A stretch of DNA of 32,000 bases from Clostridia bacterium. GTDB taxonomy: Bacteria > Bacillota > Clostridia > TANB77 > CAG-508. Made by a program: the position numbers and the translations under genes. Under the pieces are notes generated by a model. That model was not told where the DNA came from. It saw nothing but the letters and a program-made list of their open reading frames with translations, and made no database searches. Where the stretch lies: positions 38,227-70,226 of the forward strand of contig JAFRCC010000005.1 in the NCBI GenBank assembly GCA_017404545.1. The letters are read 5' to 3'. Positions 7,677 to 15,826 of this stretch are shown here, piece by piece (the stretch's first letter is position 1; the number at the start of each line of letters is the position of its first letter).

Positions 7677-9293
7677 ATGATTTATGAAAAACAAAATTCA
7701 TATAAAGTGATAAAAGAGTTAACATACCACATAGGAAACGTAGGTGTCGATTTACAAAATTATAATGAATCAAGACAAGATATTGACATAGCATCTTATA
7801 CATATAATGATGCAAAATATATTAGAAAAGAAATACAAATAAATAATGAAGATTTATATTTTTTATATATTTTTGTAAATATATTTGCAACTAAAAAAAA
7901 GGACTTAGAATATATTCAAAACAAAATTGAAGGTATATTGCAAAGCAAAGGAATGCAAACTAGAAGAGCATATTTTAGGCAAGAGCAAGCATATAAAGTG
8001 TGCTTACCACTTTTTATGGATTTTAATGATGTAAAAAATGTTACTAGAAGGAATATTCTAACAAGTGGTTTATTAGCGACATATCCATTTTTAACATCTT
8101 CTATATTTGATGAAAATGGAATCTTTATTGGTTCAAATATAATTAATAATTCCTTAATATTTGTAGATAAGTATAGTAATAAATATAAAAATTCTAATAT
8201 GTGTGTATTTGGAACGAGTGGAGCAGGAAAATCTTTTTTCAACAAATTATTAATATTACGATATAGATTATTTGGTTTTGAACAATATGTTATTGACCCT
8301 GAAAGGGAATATAATGAGTTGTGTAAAAATTTAGATGGTACATTATTAAAGATTGGACCTAATTCGAATACATATATAAATATATTCGATATTAGAGAAG
8401 AAAGTTTAGAAGACTCTCAAAATGGTTATCTAGCAACTAAAATAATAAAATTAATAGGGTTTTTTAATTTGATTTTCGGTGCGATAAATGAAGAGGAAAA
8501 AGCATTATTAGAGCAAAAAATAATTGAGGTATACAATATAAAAGGAATAACTTTTGATGATGATAGTTTATATAAAGAAAATGAAAAAAATAAAATAATT
8601 TCAAATAAGAAATTTAAAGATACTTATGATATGCCTATTCTAGAAGATTTATATAACATTTTAATAAAAGATATTCAAACAAAACAAATGGGTATAAAAT
8701 TAATTCCTTTTGTAAAAGGATCTTTAAATTTTTTTAATAATTATACAAATATAGAAATAGAAAATAAATTAATAATTGCAGATGTATATGAATTAGGAGA
8801 AGAAAATTTAAAATATGGAATGTATTTATTTACAGAATTATTTTGGGATAAAATAAAGAAAAATCGTGATGTAAAAAAATCTATTTATTTAGATGAAATA
8901 TGGAGATTAATAGGAGTAACATCAAATAAAGAAGTAGCTGGATTTATTTATAAAATATTCAAAACAATTAGAAAATATGGAGGAAGTGCTATTGCAATAA
9001 CTCAAGATGTATATGATTTATTTAGTTTAGATAATGGAACATATGGTAGGAGTATATTAAATAATTCCAGTTTAAAAAGTTTTTTTTCATTAGAAGAAGA
9101 AAATTTAAATATTCTTCAAAAGTATGAAAATATATCTGATAGAGAAAAAATTGAGATAAAATCATTAAAAAGAGGAGAAGCTCTTATGATAATAGGAGAT
9201 AATCATATTATTGCTAAAATAGAATGTGCAAAATTTGAGGAAAATATAATAAATGGAGGAAATGTTGATAAATATAATTACTGCAGTGGGTAA
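7677..9293 (+). CDS. VirB4/TraC/TrsE-family ATPase, ATPase-domain portion (frame open from 7458; first ATG at 7677)
   Basis: Walker A VFGTSGAGKSFFNKL, VIDPEREYNEL, YINIFDI, Walker B IYLDEIWRLIG and AIAITQD are the motif set of VirB4/AAA_10 ATPases. The 73 upstream in-frame codons (…SKDYIAPSYINISNPKCIEIDNIYYSTLLIINY…) also look VirB4-like. Confidence 0.8.
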   Translation: MIYEKQNSYKVIKELTYHIGNVGVDLQNYNESRQDIDIASYTYNDAKYIRKEIQINNEDLYFLYIFVNIFATKKKDLEYIQNKIEGILQSKGMQTRRAYFRQEQAYKVCLPLFMDFNDVKNVTRRNILTSGLLATYPFLTSSIFDENGIFIGSNIINNSLIFVDKYSNKYKNSNMCVFGTSGAGKSFFNKLLILRYRLFGFEQYVIDPEREYNELCKNLDGTLLKIGPNSNTYINIFDIREESLEDSQNGYLATKIIKLIGFFNLIFGAINEEEKALLEQKIIEVYNIKGITFDDDSLYKENEKNKIISNKKFKDTYDMPILEDLYNILIKDIQTKQMGIKLIPFVKGSLNFFNNYTNIEIENKLIIADVYELGEENLKYGMYLFTELFWDKIKKNRDVKKSIYLDEIWRLIGVTSNKEVAGFIYKIFKTIRKYGGSAIAITQDVYDLFSLDNGTYGRSILNNSSLKSFFSLEEENLNILQKYENISDREKIEIKSLKRGEALMIIGDNHIIAKIECAKFEENIINGGNVDKYNYCSG

Positions 9294-10326
9294 TCCAAAT
9301 TTGAATGAAGAGTTAAAAAAATATGAAGAATTCAATATTTTAGGAAATGATATTATTTATTTTGATGGAATTATAGAATTATTGGAAAATAATAAGAAAA
9401 TAGATTATCTAATATTAGGAGAATATTTTAATAATAGAAATATAGAAGAATTAATAGATAAAATAAAAGAAGCAAGTAATAAAATCAAAATTATAGTAAT
9501 TATAAATAAAAGAGACAAATTAATAGAAAATAATTTATTTAAAAAAGGAATTCTGGAAATATTTTATGAAAATGAAAATATAGATAATATAATAAATTAT
9601 TTAAAATCTAAAAATATTGAATATCTGAATATAGAGCTTAGAGAGGAAATTAATAATTTAAGAAATATAATTTTAGAAAAAAATAATAAAAAAGAAAAAA
9701 TAAGTAATAAAAATATAATTATAGGAATAACAGGGGCAAGAGGAATTGGAAAAACTACTTCTTGCATAATGATAGGAAAATCTTTAAATAAAAATAATAA
9801 AATATTGATAGTTGATTTTGATTTAATTAATTCTCATATAGAAAAAATATTTAATAAAAAAATAGAAAATATAGATAAAAAAGAATTAGATATAAATAAA
9901 TGTATTTTTAATGTAGATAAAAATATAGATATTTTAATCGGACTAAATATATTATTCTTTAATAAAAAAACGGATTTTTTTAATTTTAAAGATATAATAA
10001 AGTATTTAAAAAATAAATATGATTATATTTTGGTAGATACATATACCGAAAATAATTTCGAAAAGAACAAATTTATATATAATTATTTTGATTCGATTTT
10101 TTTATTGAGTGGAACCAACAAAATAGAATTATTAAAAACAGAAAAAATAATAAATACAATAAAAAAAGAATGGAAAATAAATAATAATAAAATTAATTTG
10201 ATTTTATATAGAGCAAATATAATAGATTTTTTTAAATTGGTAATTAAGAAAAAAAGAAATATTTTTGGAATAAATATAATTCGGAATAATAAAAAATTCT
10301 TTTTTTATAAAAAAAGAATTAATTAA
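9253..10326 (+). CDS. Receiver-like N-domain + ParA/MinD (CpaE/TadZ-like) P-loop ATPase with degenerate deviant Walker A
   Basis: P-loop IIGITGARGIGKTT, A' motif ILIVDFDL, Walker B YDYILVDT. The ~120-aa N-terminal alternating beta/alpha region (IITAVGNP…DYLILGEY…IKIIVIINKRD) looks receiver-like. The start (ATG 9253/9262 or TTG 9265) overlaps the end of the VirB4-like ORF. Confidence 0.7.
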   Translation: MEEMLINIITAVGNPNLNEELKKYEEFNILGNDIIYFDGIIELLENNKKIDYLILGEYFNNRNIEELIDKIKEASNKIKIIVIINKRDKLIENNLFKKGILEIFYENENIDNIINYLKSKNIEYLNIELREEINNLRNIILEKNNKKEKISNKNIIIGITGARGIGKTTSCIMIGKSLNKNNKILIVDFDLINSHIEKIFNKKIENIDKKELDINKCIFNVDKNIDILIGLNILFFNKKTDFFNFKDIIKYLKNKYDYILVDTYTENNFEKNKFIYNYFDSIFLLSGTNKIELLKTEKIINTIKKEWKINNNKINLILYRANIIDFFKLVIKKKRNIFGINIIRNNKKFFFYKKRIN

Positions 10327-10393
10327 AGAAAATAAAATTATCAATAAAATTTTAATTAAAAAAATAATAAGAAAAATATAAAAAGGAGATTAG

Positions 10394-11083
10394 ATGGATT
10401 TAGTTGAAAGCATTAGTTTAAATAAAGAAAATAATTTTTTTGAAAGTACATTTGGAAAAATAATAAATAATTCTATTGAAATGGGGATAAGAGCGTTATT
10501 ACCGGATTACATAGAAAATGATGTGATTAATATAAAAAACACTTTAATTAACCAAGGGATTGGTGAAGCAATAAAAGAAACAATAAATACAGCTATTAGT
10601 TTAGGAAAATCGGCTATTGGCGTTATTAGTGAAAATTATGAAAATATAGAGCAAGCTGAAACAGTATTAGAAAAAGGTGATTTAATTAATGGAATATCTA
10701 ATGTTTTGGATAATGTTTTAGAGAAAATTGGAGAAAAAAATATATTACCAGAAAAAATAATTAATATTATAAGAAATGGTAAAGAAAGTCTATTAAATGG
10801 AGTTACAAAAGATATAAAAAAAGAATTTAATATACAAAATGAGAATATTACAAAATTAGATAATTATAATAAAAAATGGAGACAAGCATATGAAAAACAA
10901 GACTTTAATGGTATGGAGAAAAATATTAAAAAAATAAATAAATTAATAGAGAATATTATTCCAATAGAAAATATCATAAAAGAATCTAGAACTATAGAAA
11001 ATTTGCATTCATTAATTAAAAATAATGGTCAAAATTTTAATATTTCTCTTGAAGAAGAAGAAATTTCAAAACTATTAAATTAA
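10394..11083 (+). CDS. Hypothetical soluble, predominantly helical protein (229 aa)
   Basis: AAAAGGAGA SD ends 4 nt before the ATG. No TM segment and no enzymatic motif that I recognise. It is the last gene of the cassette. Confidence 0.7.
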   Translation: MDLVESISLNKENNFFESTFGKIINNSIEMGIRALLPDYIENDVINIKNTLINQGIGEAIKETINTAISLGKSAIGVISENYENIEQAETVLEKGDLINGISNVLDNVLEKIGEKNILPEKIINIIRNGKESLLNGVTKDIKKEFNIQNENITKLDNYNKKWRQAYEKQDFNGMEKNIKKINKLIENIIPIENIIKESRTIENLHSLIKNNGQNFNISLEEEEISKLLN

Positions 11084-11134
11084 GGAAAAAGCTTCAGAAA
11101 TAGGCAAAAAGTGTTAGAAAATTAAACATTTTCC

Positions 11135-11163
11135 TTGCAGAAAACATGTCATTTTAGTATAAT
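11135..11163 (+). promoter_or_regulatory. Putative sigma-A promoter of gyrA
   Basis: TTGCAG (11135-11140), 17-nt spacer, TATAAT (11158-11163), 33 nt upstream of the gyrA ATG. Confidence 0.55.
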
Positions 11164-11196
11164 ACAAAAGTATAAAACAAGAAAAGAGGTTTACAT

Positions 11197-13641
11197 ATGG
11201 ACGAAGAAAGAAATGATGGAAAAATAATTGATAGAGATGTAGACAAAGAAATGAGGACCGCATATATTGATTATGCAATGAGCGTTATAGTTTCAAGAGC
11301 TCTGCCAGATGTTAGAGATGGATTAAAACCTGTTCATAGACGTATATTATATACGATGCATGAAGATGGTTTAACATCGGACAAGCCATATAGAAAGTCA
11401 GCTACAACCGTTGGTGACGTGCTTGGTAGATATCATCCACATGGAGATTCATCAGTATATGATGCAATGGTTAGAATGGCTCAAGATTTTTCTTTAAGGT
11501 ACCCACTTATTGATGGACATGGAAATTTTGGATCAATTGATGGAGATGGAGCTGCTGCATATCGTTATACGGAAGCAAGGATGTCAAAGATTTCTGAGGT
11601 TATGCTCACAGATATAGAAAAAAATACAGTTGATTTTATGCCTAATTTTGATGGTAGATTGCAAGAGCCAACTGTTTTACCAGCAAAAATCCCAGCATTA
11701 CTTGTTAATGGATCATCTGGTATAGCTGTAGGTATGGCCACTAATATACCACCGCACAATTTATCTGAAGTTATTGATGGAGTTAATGCAATAATCGATA
11801 ATCCAGAATTGCCAGATGAAGACTTGATGAAAATAATTAAAGGACCAGATTTTCCAACTGAAGGTTTAATTTTAGGAAGAGAAGGAATAAAGGATGCATA
11901 TACTACAGGTAGAGGAAAGATTGTTGTAAGAGCAGAAACAGAAATTGAAGAAATGTCTGGAAATAAACAAAGAATTATTGTTAAATCTTTACCATATCAA
12001 GTAAATAAAGCAAAATTAATAGAACATATTGCATTGCTTGTCAGAGAAAAAAGAATAGAGGGAATTTCAGATTTAAGAGATGAATCAGATAGAACGGAAA
12101 GAGTAAGAATTGTTATTGAACTAAAAAGAGATGCCAATGCGCAAGTTGTTTTAAATCAATTATTTAAAAATACTCAAATGCAAGATAATTTTGGCGTTAT
12201 TATGCTAGCACTTGAAAATGGTGTTCCAAAAATATTAACACTTAGACAATGTTTAGATGCGTATATTAAACACAGAGAGCAAGTAATTCTTCGTAGAACA
12301 AAATTTGAATTAGATAAAGCACTAGCAAGAGCTCATATTCTTGAAGGTTTAAGAATTGCAATTGATAACATAGATGAAGTTATAAACATAATTAGATCAT
12401 CGTATGATGATGCTAAAGAAAGATTAATGGAAAGATTTGGACTTTCAGATATACAAGCGCAAGCAATATTAGACATGAGATTAAAGACTCTTTCTGGATT
12501 GCAAAGAGAAAAAATAGAAGAAGAATATAAGCAATTAATGGAATTAATTGCTCACTTAAGAGAAATACTTGAAAATGAGCACCTGGTATTAGAACTAATT
12601 AAAGAAGAACTATTAGAAATTAAACAAAAATATGGAGATGAAAGAAAGACAAAAATTGTTGCAGCTGAAGGAGAACTAGATGTAGAAGATTTAATAAAAG
12701 AAGAGCAAACAGTTGTAGCCTTAACACATTTTGGTTATATTAAAAGGATGCCAATAGATATATACAAGAGCCAAAGAAGAGGTGGTAAGGGAATTACAGG
12801 AATGACAACTAGAGAAGAGGACTTTGTTAAGCAAATATTTACGGCATCTACACACGATACGATTTTATTCTTTAGTAATAAAGGTAAATTATACAGGTTA
12901 AGAGGATATGAAATTCCAGAAGCAGGAAGAACTGCTAGGGGAACTGCAATTGTAAATCTTTTGAGACTAGATAATGGAGAAAAAATATCTGCAGTAATAC
13001 CTATTACAACATTTGACGATGGAAAGTATTTGCTAATGGCAACAAAGCAAGGTTTAATAAAGAAAACAGCTCTAAAAGAATATGACTCAACAAGAAAAAC
13101 TGGATTATTGTCAATTACATTGAAAGATGAAGATGAGTTAATTGATGTTAGATTAACAGATGGTGAAGATAATGTTGTTTTAGTAACTAAGAAAGGTCTA
13201 AGTATAACTTTTGACGAAAAAGATGTGCGTCCAGTTGGAAGATCAGCACAGGGTGTAATAGGAATGAGACTTGATGAGAATGACTACGTTATTGGAATGG
13301 AATCAATTCTTAATAATAAAGATGCAACATTATTAGCTATAACTGAGAATGGATTCGGAAAGAGAACAGAGCTTACGGAATATAGAGTTCAAAAACGTGG
13401 TGGTCGTGGAGTTATCACGTACAAAATAACACCTAAAACTGGAGATATAGTAGGAATTAGAATTGCAACAGGCGAAGAAGATGTAATGCTTATAACAGAT
13501 AAAGGCACTATTATTAGATTAAAAGTTGAAGAAATAAGTATATTGGGAAGATCGACGCAAGGCGTTACTTTAATGAGAACAAATGATGGTGGAAAAGTTG
13601 TAAGTATCGAGACAATAAAAAATGATGAAATAGAAGAATAA
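11197..13641 (+). CDS. gyrA: DNA gyrase subunit A
   Basis: DGLKPVHRR, the active-site Tyr motif [11 protein letters not shown], the GyrA box QRRGGKG and C-terminal beta-pinwheel repeats. 814 aa. Confidence 0.98.
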   Translation: MDEERNDGKIIDRDVDKEMRTAYIDYAMSVIVSRALPDVRDGLKPVHRRILYTMHEDGLTSDKPYRKSATTVGDVLGRYHPHGDSSVYDAMVRMAQDFSLRYPLIDGHGNFGSIDGDGAAAYRYTEARMSKISEVMLTDIEKNTVDFMPNFDGRLQEPTVLPAKIPALLVNGSSGIAVGMATNIPPHNLSEVIDGVNAIIDNPELPDEDLMKIIKGPDFPTEGLILGREGIKDAYTTGRGKIVVRAETEIEEMSGNKQRIIVKSLPYQVNKAKLIEHIALLVREKRIEGISDLRDESDRTERVRIVIELKRDANAQVVLNQLFKNTQMQDNFGVIMLALENGVPKILTLRQCLDAYIKHREQVILRRTKFELDKALARAHILEGLRIAIDNIDEVINIIRSSYDDAKERLMERFGLSDIQAQAILDMRLKTLSGLQREKIEEEYKQLMELIAHLREILENEHLVLELIKEELLEIKQKYGDERKTKIVAAEGELDVEDLIKEEQTVVALTHFGYIKRMPIDIYKSQRRGGKGITGMTTREEDFVKQIFTASTHDTILFFSNKGKLYRLRGYEIPEAGRTARGTAIVNLLRLDNGEKISAVIPITTFDDGKYLLMATKQGLIKKTALKEYDSTRKTGLLSITLKDEDELIDVRLTDGEDNVVLVTKKGLSITFDEKDVRPVGRSAQGVIGMRLDENDYVIGMESILNNKDATLLAITENGFGKRTELTEYRVQKRGGRGVITYKITPKTGDIVGIRIATGEEDVMLITDKGTIIRLKVEEISILGRSTQGVTLMRTNDGGKVVSIETIKNDEIEE

Positions 13642-13649
13642 TAAAAAAT

Positions 13650-13688
13650 AAAACTCGGTTTCGAATGAAACCGAGTTTTATTTTTTTT
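13650..13688. terminator. Bidirectional terminator shared by gyrA (+) and the helicase-loader gene (-)
   Basis: 13-bp stem AAAACTCGGTTTC (13650-13662) / GAAACCGAGTTTT (13667-13679) with loop GAAT. A-run on the left and T8 run on the right. It overlaps the stop of the minus-strand ORF. Confidence 0.85.
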
Positions 13689-14703
13689 GACTTGATATTT
13701 TTTTTATCAAACGAATATCGTCACCAAAAAATCTACAAATATCATAGTTACCAATTAAGCGTGATACTATTCTTTCATCGTAATTTTTAAATAGATTTTG
13801 AATATCCAAGTTAGTTGAAATAATTGTTTTTGTTATTTTTTTATTCTGATTTAATAAACGTGTATTAATAACGTTAAATAGTTCAGAAAACTTCATATTG
13901 TTCATACTTTCTGTACCTAGATCATCAATAATTAATAAATCTACATCCAACAAGCTATGATATATTGAACCATCGGTTTTTCCAAATCGGAAATCTATTA
14001 TAGAATCAAGCATTACTGGAGATGTTTGATATAACACATTTTTCCCAGACTTTATTATTTCATTTGCAATACATCCAGAAAGAAATGTCTTTCCTAAGCC
14101 GGTATTTCCAGTAAATAAAAGATTTTTTTGATTTGAATCATCAAAATTATCGATAAAATTTTGAGATATTTTTTTTATTTTTTCAATATTTTCTCTAGGC
14201 GAAATATCTGAATTATATTTTGATTTATCCACAGTGCATGAATAAAGTGTGGATAAGAAGTTATCAAAATTATGATTTTCAAGGCTAAGTGCATTTGTTT
14301 TATTATATTCCATATCATATAGTTGTTGTTTTAAACAACTACACATCTTAGTATTATAATTTTCTGTAATATAACCAGTATCATTACACATTTTGCAATC
14401 ATAAATTGGTTTTAAATAATTTTCGTCATTAGTTATAGATACTAGTAAATCATGTTTTTCTTTTTTTAAGCTTTCTATTTCTTTTCGAAGATTATTTAAA
14501 TACTCAAAATTGTGAGAATTTATTAAATTTTTAGATGCGTTTATAGATAACGAACTAAGAGCAGAATCAATTTCTTCAAATCGTGGATTCTGCGTGTATA
14601 ATTCGATTTTTCTATTTTCTGCTTCCTTTATTTTTTTATCTCTTTTATTCTCATATATAATTAATAATGATTTTAAAATAGTTGTATTCATATAAAACCT
14701 CAT
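13678..14703 (-). CDS. DnaI/DnaC-type replicative helicase loader (IstB-like AAA+ ATPase)
   Basis: Walker A GNTGLGKTFL and Walker B LLIIDDLG. N-terminal Cys cluster CKMCNDTGY…CSC, typical of the zinc-binding helicase-interaction domain. The likely true start is ATG 14691 (GAGG SD), not 14703. Confidence 0.8.
   Translation of the reverse strand: MRFYMNTTILKSLLIIYENKRDKKIKEAENRKIELYTQNPRFEEIDSALSSLSINASKNLINSHNFEYLNNLRKEIESLKKEKHDLLVSITNDENYLKPIYDCKMCNDTGYITENYNTKMCSCLKQQLYDMEYNKTNALSLENHNFDNFLSTLYSCTVDKSKYNSDISPRENIEKIKKISQNFIDNFDDSNQKNLLFTGNTGLGKTFLSGCIANEIIKSGKNVLYQTSPVMLDSIIDFRFGKTDGSIYHSLLDVDLLIIDDLGTESMNNMKFSELFNVINTRLLNQNKKITKTIISTNLDIQNLFKNYDERIVSRLIGNYDICRFFGDDIRLIKKISSQKK
14225..14256. 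promoter_or_regulatory. Inverted pair of perfect DnaA boxes inside the helicase-loader coding region
   Basis: TTATCCACA (14225-14233) and TGTGGATAA (14248-14256), separated by 14 bp. Confidence 0.45.
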
Positions 14704-14732
14704 TTCATTTCTTAAAGTTTTTCAAGTAAGAA

Positions 14733-15710
14733 CTAATTTGTGTAAAAACTGTTCAAATCATTATAATTCCTTTGATCATAGTTAGAATAACCAGTATTTT
14801 TTTCGAGTGTTTTTATATTTTTATTTTTTTCTTTCATTTGTACCAAAAATGATTGAACATCATTAGAGGTTTTTAAACTCCTCTCGTGCCAATCTGTAAG
14901 TAATTTATCTAAATATTCAAAATTAGGATTAGACTTAGATGTTGTCTTCCTTAGAGCAATTTCTATAACATCTAAATTGTATCCAAAATCCATATTCCAT
15001 TTTTCAATATATCCTTCTTCGTATTGTGTTAAATTTCTTGTAATACCTAATTTTTTTGAAATGGTTTTTTGTAATGTGTTTAATTTTTCTTGTTTTTCAT
15101 AATATTTATCTAAATCGTTAAACGTTTTTATATTATTTTGAAACCACGCTTCCGCAACAGCTTGTATGTAATTTCTATGTAGAGCAGATCTATTAAAACA
15201 ATAACGGAATAAGGCATTCATAACTTCTTCATCAAAAGAATATTTTTTGAACCACAAATCAATGTCACTATACCATGAAGGTGACATCATTCCTTGGAAA
15301 AATTCGTTATTAATATTCTCTATAGCTTTAGCCCTGTATTTATTTTGTGCTATTTTTTCTATTTCTTCTGGGGAAGATGTAACCTTAGGCGTATACAGCT
15401 TGTGAAGCTCAATCTCTTGTATATTATTAATTATATAGCCTGTATTTTTCTTGGTAATAAGCTGCTCATCTTCCAATAATTTTATACTATCTTGAATTGT
15501 TTTTAGGGGGATATTTAATTTTTTTGATAAATCGTTTAGTTTTATCTCTTTGCTGTACTTAGCTAAAAATAACATGTATAAATATATCTTTATACAATCA
15601 CCATTTAACTGTGAAAGGTATTCAGTGAAAAATACATCAGGCAAATTTGTTGTTGAAAATAATAAAGATAAATCATTTTGCTCTAATTTCACAAAAACAC
15701 CCCCTAACAA
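14733..15710 (-). CDS. DnaD-domain replication initiation protein (Firmicute DnaB/DnaD family)
   Basis: Two DnaD-like C-terminal repeats (YIQAVAEAWFQNNIKTFNDL; YLDKLLTDWHERSLKTSNDV) follow an N-terminal winged-helix-like region. It lies upstream of, and probably in an operon with, the loader ATPase. The likely start is GTG 15692 behind an AGGGGG SD. Confidence 0.75.
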   Translation of the reverse strand: MLGGVFVKLEQNDLSLLFSTTNLPDVFFTEYLSQLNGDCIKIYLYMLFLAKYSKEIKLNDLSKKLNIPLKTIQDSIKLLEDEQLITKKNTGYIINNIQEIELHKLYTPKVTSSPEEIEKIAQNKYRAKAIENINNEFFQGMMSPSWYSDIDLWFKKYSFDEEVMNALFRYCFNRSALHRNYIQAVAEAWFQNNIKTFNDLDKYYEKQEKLNTLQKTISKKLGITRNLTQYEEGYIEKWNMDFGYNLDVIEIALRKTTSKSNPNFEYLDKLLTDWHERSLKTSNDVQSFLVQMKEKNKNIKTLEKNTGYSNYDQRNYNDLNSFYTN

Positions 15711-15718
15711 TTTGTCAA

Positions 15719-15747
15719 ATTATATCATTAAAAAAAATATTTTACAA
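15719..15747 (-). promoter_or_regulatory. Putative promoter of the dnaD-like/loader operon
   Basis: On the minus strand: TTGTAA (complement of 15742-15747), 17-nt spacer, TATAAT (complement of 15719-15724). Confidence 0.5.
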
Positions 15748-15782
15748 TAAATTGTTGAACATAATACAGAAATATTTTCTAC

Positions 15783-15818
15783 AAAAACATAAAATAGACA
15801 TGTTATAACATGTCTATT
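15783..15818 (-). terminator. Rho-independent terminator of the VanW-domain gene
   Basis: Perfect 11-bp stem ATAGACATGTT (15794-15804) / AACATGTCTAT (15808-15818), followed on the minus strand by a T-rich run. Confidence 0.75.
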
Positions 15819-15826
15819 GATATATA

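Noticed and set aside
8638-8645. A TTCTAGAA copy inside the VirB4-like ORF as a link between the two accessory regions.
   Set aside because: It is a single isolated copy in coding sequence (…PILEDL…), within chance expectation for this 8-mer.
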